A program made the translations under genes and the position numbers. DNA of 64,000 nt, taken from positions 237,547 through 301,546 of the forward strand of contig CAWAHB010000010.1 of NCBI GenBank assembly GCA_963781505.1. The letters run 5' to 3'. The notes under the pieces are model-generated. The model was given only the letters and a program-made list of their open reading frames with translations. It made no database searches and was not told where the DNA came from. Source of the stretch: an uncultured delta proteobacterium (GTDB taxonomy: Bacteria > Myxococcota_A > Polyangia > Polyangiales > Polyangiaceae). Position 1 is the first letter of the stretch; every line of letters begins with the position of its first letter. Positions 29,992-41,300 of the stretch are shown here, one piece after another.

Positions 29992-32900
29992 ATGGCTTCG
30001 ACCGATTCACTCCGCCGTCGGCCGACGAGCGCCGACCGGCCTCCTCTCGAACTCGCTGAGCTCTTGCGAGGGCGACGTCTGGTCGTTCTGGGCGGCACCG
30101 GGTTTCTGGGCAAGGTCTGGTGGACCTGGCTCCTCTCTCACTTCCCCGACCTCGGGCGCATTCATCTCGTGGTGCGTCCGCGTGGAGCGCAGAGCGCAGA
30201 AGATCGATTCTGGAACGACATCGTCACGAGCCAGTGTCTCGATCCGCTACGCGCTCAGCACGGCGATCAGTTCGAGCAATTCATGCGCGAGAAGGTAGTG
30301 CCCGTCGCCGGCGACGTCGTGCAACCGTTCTGCGGCCTCGCGGTCGATCTGCGTGATGAGATTCGTGGGTCCGTCGACGTAGTCGTCAATGCGTCCGGTG
30401 TGGTCGACTTCGACCCGCCTCTCGACGAAGCACTGGAGGTCAACGCCTTCGGAGTGCAAAACCTCGTCGCTCTGGCCAGGGACCTCGGCGACGTCCGGTT
30501 GCTCGCATACCAGCACCACGTACGTGGCCGGCTCGCGGACCGGTATCATCGAAGAGACCGATCCCCGCCTCCACCCGTTTCCCCGCGCCGCGGAGCTCGA
30601 GCGCGAGCATTGGGATCCCGACCGCGAGATCGCCGAATGCATGGACGTGATCGAGCAGGCTCGCCATCGCTCGAGCGACGCCTTCCGCCAGAGCCGGTTC
30701 TTGGACGAGGCCAAGAAGAACCTGCTGGGCCGCGGGGAGCCGGCCCGAGGGGTCGTCTTGGACACCGAAGTCGAGCGAGTGAAGCGGAAATTCGTCGAAG
30801 CGCGCCTCGCCGAAACCGGCATGGAGCGTGCGAAATTCTGGGGCTTTCCCAACACTTATACCTACACGAAAGCAATCGGCGAGCAGATCATTGCGTGCTC
30901 CGGGCTCGCGTTCACCATCGTTCGGCCCGCGATCGTCGAGAGCACCGTGAAGTTCCCGTTCCCGGGTTGGAACGAGGGCATCAACACCAGCGCTCCGCTC
31001 ATCTACGCCCTTCGCGAAGGACAGACTCAGATCCCCGGTTCGGACAACTACCTCGACATGATCCCCTGCGACATGGTCGCCGGCGGCATGACCCTGGCCC
31101 TCGGGGAGCTGCTCGATGGAAGCGCGAAGGCCGTCTATCAGCTCGGTTCGAGCGACGCGAACCCGTGCACCATGCGTCGCTTCTTCGAGCTCAGCGGCCT
31201 CTACAAGCGGAAGTACTATCAGCGAACTGGGCGCGGGGGACCCGTTCTCTCGGCGCTGCAATCGCGATTCGAGGGATCGCCTCCTCAGCGGCGATCAGTT
31301 CACTCGCTTCGGTCCCCGCGCGATCGCGAGCGGCGCCCAGGCCGCGGCCAAGCTCCTGGGCCGAACCGCAAAAGGACCCGCCGCGCCCCTCTTGGCCCCC
31401 GCGGCGAAGCTACTCTCGGGGTTCGCGGATCAGCAGGAGAAGGTCGGCTCGGTCCTCGGCGCATTCATTCCGTTCACCGCCGAGTACGATTACGTCTTCC
31501 GCTGCGACAACACCCGAGCAGCCCTCGAGCGACTGAGCCCAGCCGAACGAGCCATCGTCCATTTTTCGCCGGAGAGCATCGACTGGCGACAGTGGTTCTT
31601 GGAAGTCCACGTTCCGGGCCTGGAAAAGTGGGTTTTTCCCGAGATCGAGGAGCGGATCAAGCGCCCGCGTCGAGCCCCCGAGCGTCACACGACGCTGCCC
31701 GCACTGCTCGACGAAATGGCGGAGCGCTACGACCTTGCCGTCGCGCTTCAGCGAACGGAAGCCGACGGGCTCACCCGCACGAGCTTCCGACAGTGGCGAG
31801 ATTGCTCCCAGGCGTGCGCCGCGCGACTCGAAGCGCTGGGTGTCGAGCCCGGCGACCGCGTGATCGCTGGCAGGCGCGAATCACCCCGCCTGGCCCATCG
31901 CCTTCTTCGGCATCTTGATGGCCGACGCCTCGGTGGTTCCTGTCGACGCGAACGTCGACGCCGAGGTCGCCGAGAACTTGCTGGAGGCGAGCGGCGCGAA
32001 GGTGATCATCGCGGATCGCGAGGTGCGCCGCCGAGTGCACGGCGGAATCGATCGCGATGTCGCCTGGATCGATCTCTGGGAGTCGGCACGACCGGGACCG
32101 CCGATCGAGCGGAAGCACGACGCGCGCCCCGACGATCTCGCTTGTCTCGTGTACACCAGCGGAACCACCGGCACACCGAAGGGCGTGATGCTTTCCCACG
32201 TGAACCTGACGGCGCTGGTCGCCTCCCTCGCGCCCCTCTTCCCCCTCGGCAAAGGCGATCGCGTGCTCAGCGTTCTGCCGCTGCACCACACGTTCGAGCT
32301 CACGTGCGGCCTGTTGCTCCCGCTGTCGCGCGGGATCGCGCATCGTGTACCTGGACGAGCTGTACCGCCGAACGACTCGAATCCGGGCTGAAAGCGGGCC
32401 GAATCACGGCGATGATCGGCGTTCCCGCGTTGTGGCAAATGCTCGAGCGCCGGATCAGCGCGCGCGTGGCCGAGCATGGCCGATTTGCTTCCCACGTGTT
32501 CGACTTTGCGGTGGAGCTCAATCGAAGCCTCGGCAAGAGCGTTGGCATCGACGCCGGCAAGCTGCTCTTCGGACCGGTTCACGAGGGACTCGGCGGTCAC
32601 CTTCGCTACCTGGTGAGCGGCGGGGCGGCGCTTCCAGAGCGGACGCACCATGCCTTCGCGGGCATGGGGCTGCACCTGGCCGAAGGCTATGGACTCACGG
32701 AAGCTGCGCCGGTGCATCACCGTGGCGCCAGCGGGACCACGAGCCAAGTCCGGCCATGTCGGCAAGCCAATTCCTGGAGTCGAAGTTCGCATCGATCGAC
32801 CGAACGCCGATGGCGTCGGAGAGGTGCTAGCGCGCGGACCCAACGTGATGCTCGGCTACCGTGGCGATGCGGAGAGCACGAGCCGCAGCATCGATCGCGA

Positions 32901-34227
32901 CGGCTGGCTCCGCACCGGCGATCTCGGCAAGATCGATCGACGCGGCCAGCTGGTGATCGTCGGCCGGGCAAAGGACGTGATCGTTTCCTCGAGCGGCGAG
33001 AACGTCTACCCGGACGACGTCGAAGCCAAGCTCGGCGAGATCTCGCTATCTCTCCGAGTACGCGATCGTCGGAGTCGAACGATCCTCGCGGCGGGGAGCG
33101 AGTCGCGTGCGTCGCGGTGCCGGAGCCCGACGAGGCTGGCGACGCGCGCCGAACGCCATACCCGGGCAAAACGCAGCCTGGACAAGGCCCTCTCGCGAGC
33201 TGCCCCGGCTCGATGCGCCCGGCGATGCGTGACCATCCTGGACGCTCCCCTTCCGCGGACCGCCACGCGAAAAGTGAAGCGTTCCGAAGTCCGGCGCCAT
33301 CGTAGAGCGCATTGCACCGCTTTCCGAGCGGCCGCCGCGACCGGTCGAGGGCGGCGATCTCGACGGCGCGGCGCGTGTCGTGCGGGCTGCGGTCGCCGCG
33401 ATTGCCCGCAAGCGTCCCTCGGAGCTCGACGCTGCTCTCGATCTCCGTGCCGATCTGGGTTTCGATTCCCTGATGTTGCTCGAGCTGCTGGTGGCGCTGG
33501 AGGCGCAGCTCGGTGCGCTCCGTCGATGCCGATCGCCTGAGCGCCTGCTCCACGATCGCGGAATGCGAAGCGATGGTGCGAGAGACAGGCGCCGCGATTG
33601 CGTCACGCCGCAACAGCCAGCATCGAGCGCGAGGACGAGACCCCACTCGAGCTTCCGCCGCCGCTGCGCGAAGCGGCCATGCACTGGCTCGGCCGGGCGC
33701 AGATGGGTTTTTACGACCGCGTGCTCAGGACCACGGTGACCGGTCGCGCCTTCATCCCCCACAACCGCAACACGCTGATCGCGGCGAACCACGCGAGCCA
33801 TCTCGACATGGGCCTGGTGAAGTTTGCCCTCGGTAGCTACGGACAGGGCATGGTTTCCCTCGCGGCCCAGGACTACTTCTTCGAGGGCAATCGCTGGCGG
33901 AAAGCCTACTTCGAGAACCTCACGAATCTCGTGCCGATGTCCCGCGCCGGATCGCTTCGGCAGAGCCTCCGGCAAGCCGGTGAGCTGGTCGATGGCGGGA
34001 AGACCGTCCTGATCTTTCCCGAAGGCACTCGCAGCTCGGACGGATCGATTCACGAGTTCAAGCCCGCCGTGGGCTATCTCGCCCTTACCCACGGCATCGA
34101 CGTGTTGCCGATCTATCTCGGCGGAACGCACGCCGCGTTGCCCAAGGGGGCGAGCACCCTCAAACGCCGAGATGTCTGCGCCCGAATCGGCCCGCCGCTC
34201 CTCGTCCAAGATTCTGCGACGCTCTGA
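29992..34227 (+). pseudogene. Multidomain lipid megasynthase: fatty-acyl reductase (NAD_binding_4 type) - AMP-dependent acyl ligase - carrier (ACP) domain - PlsC/AGPAT acyltransferase; ElbD-like; at least 14 frame breaks
   Basis: - Reductase: VVLGGTGFLGK (ORF 29863..31536) and FPNTYTYTKAIGE, a YxxxK motif (ORF 30389..31918).
- Ligase: LVYTSGTTGTPKGVMLSH (ORF 31915..32391), AEGYGLTEAAP (ORF 31116..33305), WLRTGDLGKIDRRGQLVIVGRAKD (ORF 32650..33540) and LPRTATRKVKR.
- Carrier: LGFDSLMLLEL (ORF 33380..33739).
- Acyltransferase: NHASHLD (HX4D) and FPEGTRS (ORF 33598..34227).
Frame order traced by hand. Confidence 0.75.
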
Positions 34228-34287
34228 CCGCACGGGCTGAGCCCGAGCGAAGCATCCCGCACGGTTGCAAACCTCGCTCGTCACGCG

Positions 34288-34722
34288 GTGCTCGCGCTGG
34301 CCCGTGGGGATCGACTGGATCTCGCTCGGGCCGCGACCTTGGAGGACGCCCTCTGCGGCGAAGTCGACGACTCCCTCGAGCCGCTCTTCCGCGAGCTCGA
34401 GAATCGCTTCGTCCCGGGCAGCGTCGACGAGCCGGTTACGTTCTACTTTTCTCTCGGAGAAAAAGAGCGATGGACCCTCACCGTGGAGCCCGCTCTTTGC
34501 ACCGTCAGCACCGGCAAGGCGGTGGACGTTGCGGACTGCGTGCTCAAGACCTCACCGGAGATGTTCCGTCGCATCGTGCGAGAAGCGTACGCACCCTCCC
34601 CGGCGGAGTTCGTTTCAGGTGCTGTGAAATCCAATAACATCGCACACTTGGTGACATTCCAGCGCGCCTTCCAGCTGGAGCTACCGAGCGACCGCCGAGC
34701 TGCGATTGGAGAGGCCGAATGA
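34288..34722 (+). CDS. SCP2 (sterol-carrier-like) lipid-binding protein, or the C-terminal domain of the preceding megasynthase
   Basis: ORF 34288..34722: VTFYFSLGEKERWTLTVEP...CVLKTSPEMFRRIVREAYAPSPAEFVSGAVKSNNIAHLVTFQRAF (SCP2-like). It is in the same frame as the AGPAT ORF and separated from it by a single TGA at 34225-34227. The stop overlaps the next start (ATGA at 34719-34722). Confidence 0.6.
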   Translation: MLALARGDRLDLARAATLEDALCGEVDDSLEPLFRELENRFVPGSVDEPVTFYFSLGEKERWTLTVEPALCTVSTGKAVDVADCVLKTSPEMFRRIVREAYAPSPAEFVSGAVKSNNIAHLVTFQRAFQLELPSDRRAAIGEAE

Positions 34723-35785
34723 CTGGCAACGGCGCTTCGAAACGCAAACGCTTCTGGGTCGCCGGGGCAACCGGTTTTCTCGGCTCGCACCTCACCGGAG
34801 TGCTCCGTGACCGCGGACACGAAGTCATCGCCACGTCGAGACGTGGCGCACCTGGTGTCGACGCGGTCGACGTTCAAGACGAAGAGGCTGTCGAGAAAAG
34901 CGCTCGCGGCGCGAACGGGGCGTTCCTCGCGTTCGGCAAGGTGAGCCGGGATCCCGACGACGCGGAGGAGCTCCACCGCACGAACGTGATTCCGGAACAC
35001 GACGGGCGATTTCTTCGCTCAAGCGGGCTGGCGTCCGACGGGTCGTCGTCGCGAGCACGAGCGGAACCATCGCCATCGGAACGGACCCCGACGAAGTCTT
35101 CGATGAAGAAAGCCCGACGCCGAGCGAGCTCATCTCGCGATTCCCGTACTACCGAAGCAAGCTATACGGGGAGCGCGAGGCACTCGAAGCCAACTCTCCG
35201 CCCGACTTCGAGGTCATCGTCGTCAATCCAAGCCTGTTGCTCGGCCCCGGCGACGAGAACGAAACTTCCACGCTGGACGTGCGACGCTTTCTCGAGCGGA
35301 GCATCCCGGCGGTCCCCGCAGGTGGCATGGCCTTCGTCGATGTCCGGCGACGCGGCCCTGGGGATGCTGCTCGCGTTCGAGCACGGCGAGCCGGGACAGC
35401 GCTACCTCTTGAACGCGAAGAACCTGACTCTGGCAGCGTTCTTTCAGCGACTTTCCCGCATGACGGGAGTTCCGGCGCCGAGGCTCCGACTCCCCGCTTC
35501 CCGACCGCTGGCTCTCTCGATCCACGAGGTCTTCAGCCGGGCGGTCCGCGCAATCGGCGGTGAGCCGCCGGTCGACTCCGGGACTATGGAGATGGCGCAA
35601 TGCTTCTGGTACTGCGAGCTCGGCCAAGGCGGAGCGGGAGCTCGGTTGGAGCGCACGGGACGTGGCCGAGACTCTGCGAGACACCGTCGACGACCTCAGA
35701 GCCCGGGGCGTCGTGCCGAGAAAACGTCCGCTCCCGGATTTCCGCGGAATCGTCAACGCCAGGCATCGCGACTCCGAATGGGTGA
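34719..35785 (+). pseudogene. NAD-dependent epimerase/dehydratase family (SDR) protein; at least 3 frame breaks (~34992, ~35347, ~35615); 3' end uncertain
   Basis: FWVAGATGFLGSHL in ORF 34719..36443. I translated VRRVVVASTSGTIAIG...FPYYRSKLYGE (YxxxK) in frame 2. GQRYLLNAKNLTLAAFF returns to the first frame. SSAKAERELGWSARDVAETLRDTVDDL is in ORF 35560..35919. Confidence 0.7.
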
Positions 35786-37136
35786 TTTCGACTGCGTCGT
35801 CGTCGGGGCGGGTTTCGCCGGTTTGGCGGCCGCCGATGTCCTCGCTCGAAGCGGCAAACGGGTTTGCGTGCTCGAAGCGCGGGACCGAGTGGGCGGACGA
35901 GTCGCGACCACGACTCTAAGGATGGCACGGTCATCGACATCGGTGGACAGTGGCTCGGCCCGTCGCACGATTGCATGTACGCGCTATGCCAAAGATACGG
36001 CAAAGAGGTGTACCCGATGTAGCCGGGGGAAAGAACTTGCTCATCCTCCGAGACAAGACCCGCACCTACCGAGGACACATCCCGCTCCGAGCGCCCATTT
36101 TCACTTTGTTCAATCTCGGTTGGGTGCTCTTCCGGCTCGATCGCCTCGCCCAGAGTGTTCCCCTCGAAGCTCCCTGGGACGAAGAACGCCGCAGCGCTGG
36201 ATCAGCGCACGCTCGGCGACTGGATCCATCAAAACGTGCGCGACCCCCATGCGCGATCGATGGTCGAAGATCGGGGTCGAAAGCGTGTTTGCCGCGCACC
36301 CCGACGAGCTGTCGCTGCTGCACGCCCTTTTTTACATGCGCTCGGGCAACAGCTTCGACTTCCTCACCCAGTCCCAGGGCGGAGCCCAGCAGGACCGGGT
36401 GAGCGGAGGCATCCAAGCCCTCGCGGAAGTGCTGGCGAGCTGACGTGAAGAAGGGCGGCGAGGTCCTGCTCGATTCCCCGGTCCGCAGGCCATCGAGCAG
36501 ACGGGACTCGGTCAGCGTCGAGCCGAGTGCGGGACGAATCCGCGCGCGGCGCGTGATTGTCGCGTTGCCACCTCCCCTGGCCGGCGAGATTGCCTTCAGT
36601 CCGGACTCTCGCCCCGAGCGCCGCGAGCTTCTGTCGCGGCTGCCCATGGGAGCGGTGATCAAGTGCGTGGCGGCGTACCGAGAGCCGTTTTGGCGCGCCC
36701 GGGGGTTGTCCGGGCAATCGGTCTGCGATCGCGGACCGGTGAACGTGACCTTCGACGCTTCGCCAAAGAGCGGCTCTCCGGGGCTGCTGTTGGCATTCAT
36801 CGAAGGTCCCGCTGCACGAGAGCTCGCGAGCTGGGACCTCTCGAAGCGACGCGGGAGCTGGTACTCGACGCGTTCGGGGCGCGCTTTGGGCGCGAGGCGA
36901 CGAGCCCCTCGACTACGTGGATCGCGCGTGGACCAAAGAGTCCTACAGCTCGGGGCTGCTACGCAGCTCTGTTTCCTCCAGGCGTCTGGACCAGCGTGGG
37001 TCATGTGGTGCGCCAGCCGGAAGGGCACGTCCACTGGGCGGGAACGGAAACGGCCAGCCGCTGGAACGGCTACATCGAGGGCGCGGTGCTCTCGGGAGAG
37101 CGCGCGGCACGCGAGGTGATGGCCAGCCGTGTGTGA
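35778..37136 (+). pseudogene. Flavin-containing amine oxidase / phytoene-desaturase-like FAD oxidoreductase; at least 7 frame breaks
   Basis: FDCVVVGAGFAGLAAADVLARSGKRVCVLEARDRVGGR (dinucleotide fold + GG motif). I translated [34 protein letters not shown] is in ORF 36445..37119. The C-terminal [26 protein letters not shown] is in ORF 36663..37136. Confidence 0.75.
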
Positions 37137-38329
37137 CAGCGTCGTGGTCGTCGGGCCCGGGCTCGCTCCTTTTCGGCAAGAACAGCGATTGCGATCCCAA
37201 CGAAGCCCAGCGCCTCTGATGGCATCCGCGCCGGAGCACACCACCGAAGGGGACCAACTGCAGGTGCACCTGGATCGGCATTCCGCAAGCGCCCACCACC
37301 TTCGCAACACTGCTCAGCCGCCCGTATTGGATGTGGGGCGCAGAGATGGGGGCGAACGAGCACGACGTGGTGATTGGCAACGAAGCGGTCTTCACCCATG
37401 CCTCTCGCCAACCGGTCGGCCTGCTCGGGATGGACCTCCTCCGGCTCGCCCTCGAACGCGCGACGAATGCCGAAGAGGCGACCCGTGTCATCGTCGACCT
37501 CCTCGAGCGCCATGGCCAGGGCGGTCGCGCTGGCTACGACGACCCCGGGTTCACGTACGACAACAGCTTTCTGGTCGCCGATCCGAAGCGGGCGTTCGTC
37601 GTAGAAACGGCGGGGCGCGAGGCCGCGATCGAAGAGGTGAAGAGCGGGGCGCGCGCCATCTCGAACGCGCTCACTCTCGAGCCCCTGCGACGGCGCGCGG
37701 CCGACCGACTTCGCGGAGCTGTCGCGGGGGCGGAGAAGCGCCGTACCTGCACGGAGACCGAGGCCGCCGGTGCCACAGCGCCCGAGGACATCGCCCGGGC
37801 GCTCCGCAGTCACGGAGCGCGCGCAGAGCCGCGCTACGATCTGGTGACGGGGGCCATGTCCGCGCCCTGCATGCACGCCGGCGGGCTCGTCGCGAACAGT
37901 CAGACGGTCGCATCGTGGATTTCCGAGCTCACGCCGAACGGGGTCCGGCATTTCGTGACCGCCACGGCCGCGCCGTGCCTGTCGGCATTCAAGCCAGTTC
38001 GACTCGATCTTCCCGTCGATCTCGGCGCACCCACGGGGATCGTGGGAGACGATGCCTTCTGGCGATTCGAAGCGCTTCACCGAGCCATCATCGGCGACCC
38101 GGCGCTGTGCTCGAGATATCGGCGCTACCGCGACGAGTGGGAGAAAAGAACCTGGAGCGGGGAGCGGAGCCGGTCGCGCGCGTTCGAAGAGTGGGACGCG
38201 TTCGTCGCCGACGCCAGCGCCGAGCTCGTAGGGACCGCTCGTGACCAGCGCCCTTGGGTCGCCCGGCGTTACTGGCAGGCGCGTCAGGCGGACGCCGAGC
38301 GAGCGGCACCCAAGCTCCCTGCCTGGTGA
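37129..38329 (+). pseudogene. Peptidase C69 / secernin-like Ntn-hydrolase (Cys2 nucleophile); 3 frame breaks (~37162, ~37215, ~37262)
   Basis: (GTG)[11 protein letters not shown], then SLLFGKNSDCDPNEAQRL (tail of ORF 36917..37219), then APEHTTEGDQLQ, then CTWIGIPQ...RPYWMWGAEMGANEHDVVIGNEAVF (ORF 37331..38329). The start overlaps the amine-oxidase stop by 8 nt. Confidence 0.7.
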
Positions 38330-38348
38330 GGGCCTTTGACGCTGACGG

Positions 38349-41300
38349 GTGCGCCGCGCATATTGCCTCTGGGTGAGCGATCGATACACGGCACCGGTTC
38401 TGGTGCGGCAGAGCAGTAGCGCCTCGGTCTATCGCGCTTACGATTCGGAGCTGGGCGAGCTCGTCGCGCTGAAGCGCGCGGCGGACGTCCAGAGCTCCAG
38501 CCGGGTCGTCTCGGAGGCCAAGCTCCTCGAGGGTCTCCAGCACCCGAAGCTACCCATCGTCATCGAGCATGGGGTGAGCGAGCTCGGTCTCGCCTATCTC
38601 GTGACCCGCTGGATCGACGGGCCGACTCTGGCGGAACGTCTTCGTGTCGGTCCGCTGCCGATCGACGACGCGGTCCCCCTCGCCCACGAGCTCGCCCGGG
38701 TTCTCGGCTATCTACACGACGCTGGCGTCGTCCACCGCGACGTGAAGCCGAGCAACATCCTCCTGGCCGGCGGCGCGACCGAGGACGTGCGCCTGGTCGA
38801 TTTCGGCATCGCGCTGTCCGGCGGGGACCAATCCGAAACCGGCTTTCCCCTCGGCACGCCGGGCTTCATGGCGCCCGAGCAAGCTCGGGGACAAGCTCAG
38901 ATCGATGCACGCGCCGATGTATTTGGGCTCGGCGCCGTGCTGTTCACGAGTCTGACCGGGCGCCCGCCGTTCGTCGGTGACGGCGTCACCGGGACTTTGG
39001 CGCGACTCTTGTTCGAGGCGACTCCCAGCTTGAAGAGTGCGCTACCGAGCGCTCCCCCATGGCTCGAGGAGGTCCTGCATCAGTTGCTCGCCAAGTCCGC
39101 CGGCGATTGTCCGAGCGACGGAAATGCGGCCGCGCGCTTGCTCGATCCTGGCTCGCGCGACGCTGCCGTGGTCTCGCTCCCCGGTTGGGCGCTCGGCGAC
39201 GCGGAACAACGAGTGGTGAGCGTGATGTGCGCGGCAGTCAGCAAGGAAGAGCCTCTGGACGACATCACGCGCTCCATGGTGCCTTCGAGCCGCACCGGCG
39301 CACTCGGGGAAGACGTGATGAGGGCAGTTCGAGCTTGCAAGGAAACGGGAGCGCGGGTCGAGCTCATCGCGGGAGACGTGATCGTTGCGTTGATCGAGCG
39401 CGGGACGGGTGCCGACGAGCGCGCGCTCGGTGCCCTGGCGTGCGCTCGCTGCTTGGAAAAGGAGCTCGGTCGGATTCCCCCGAGCGGTGGCAACCGGTCG
39501 AACCACGATTTCCGGAGGGATCCCCACGGGAGAGACGATCGATCGCGCGCTGTCCTTGCTCGAGGCCGTCCGACGCACCCATCCGCCGAAGCACGCCCAG
39601 GATCCACTTGTCGTCGATCGCACGACGGGAGCCCTGCTCTCGACGCGATTTCGGGTCGACGAGCTCGCGGACAGCGCCCTCTTGTTCGATGAGCCGGCTC
39701 GAGCGGCGCGCGAAGTGTTCGTCGGGCGCGAGGCCGAGCTTGCGCGCGTGATGGGAGACGTGACCGGGGCGCTCGAGGGTCAGGGCCCGCGGGTGGTGGC
39801 GCTCACCGGCCCCGCCGGGATTGGAAAAAGCCGCCTCTTGGCGGAAGCGGTACGCCGACTGGACGAGCGAGTGCCGGTCTGGCGAGCCGAGGGCGACGCG
39901 TTCGGCGACGCCAGACCGCTTCACGTCGCGGCCGAGCTCGTGAGAAGCGGGTTTGGGAGAAGCCGAGGGGACTCCGTCGTACGGGTTCTGCTCCGCCGTC
40001 AAGCGCGTCGCGCATTTGGCTCGCGGGATGCACGCCGATTGACGGCGTTCATTGGAGAGCTGCTGGGACTCAGCCCGACCGGCGAAGAACCGATCGAGAT
40101 CCGTGCCGCACGCCAAGACCCGATGCTGATGGCCGATCAGATCCGCGGCGCGTTTCTCGATCTGGTCGAGCACGTGTCGAAGGAGCGCGGTCTGTGTCTG
40201 ATTGTCGATGATCTTTCCCGCGTCGACCGGGCGAGCTTGGAGCTGATTCACCGCGCGTTCGAGGAGATCCCCGACGGACGGCTCGTACTCTTGACCGCAG
40301 CGCGAACCGAAGGGAAAGCCGGAGAATTTCGCCCGGACTGGCCCCATCTCGTGGAGATCGAGCTCGGTCCGCTTTCCCAAACAGAGTCGCGCCGAATCCT
40401 GACCGACCTCCTGGGCGAAAGCGACGCGGACCGCCTCGTGGACCGCCTCCTGGAACGCGCCCTTGGCAACCCGTTCTTCTTGCGGGAGCTCGGTCGCGCG
40501 TCCAAGAATCATGCAGAGCTTCCCGCGCTCGACACCGTGCTGAGTGTCGTCTCCACACGTCTGGAACGCTTGTCCGCCGATGCGCGTCGGTTGCTCCGAG
40601 CGGCGTCCTTCTATGGGACGCTGTTCTCGCTGTCCGCGCTCTCTCCTCTGACGAGGACCTCGCCGGGCCTCGCCGGATCGCTGGATGAGCTTCAGAACGA
40701 GGGTTTGATCCACCCGCGGGCGCGCTCGTACGTCGATGGCGAGCCGGCGTTTGCGTTTGCCCACGATCTCGTGCGCGAGGCGGCCGCGCGCCTGTTGACC
40801 CGCGAGGATCTCGAGCACGGGCACCGAGCGGCGGGACGCTATCTGGCGGCGCTGGCCGATGCGGATCCTCACGCGGTGGCGGAGCATTTCTTCCGCGGTC
40901 GGGATCTGGAGCGCGGGGCGGAATGGATGACGCGCGCTGCCGAACGGGCACTTGGGAAGGGCGCGCTCGCGGATTCCGAGCGATTGGCCGAGCGGGCCGT
41001 CTCCTTCGGCGCCGAGGGCGCGACGCTGGGCCGCGCGCGACTCGTCTTGGCCCAAGTCAAACGCTGGCAAGGCGTCGCCGCAGATGCTCACGCCTCGGCA
41101 CGGTCCGCGGTGGAGCTTCTGCCGGCCGGCAGCTTGGAGCTCGGGCGTGCGTTCGGCGAGCTGGCAACCGCGTGTGGGCGTCTGCGCTTCATCGACGAGC
41201 TCGAAGAGCACGCCGCGCGCATGCTCGACCTGCTCGAGCACGAGCCGAGCGGGCCACTGGTGGCCGCCGCCAGTCGCGCGATTGTTCAGCTCTATTACAA

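Noticed and set aside
34719-36443. A 574-aa ORF as one protein
   Set aside because: It merges the epimerase N-terminus, out-of-frame filler, a second epimerase segment, the amine-oxidase N-terminus and a middle oxidase segment. The real genes are reconstructed by frame tracing.
37205-37270. An in-frame TGA at 37217-37219 in the C69 hydrolase as possible stop-codon recoding (selenocysteine or readthrough)
   Set aside because: A neighbouring frame carries plausible text across the stop (APEHTTEGDQLQ) before returning to CTWIGIPQ. Two closely spaced indels therefore explain it better than recoding. No SECIS-like need is evident, and TGA is used as the normal stop throughout the window.
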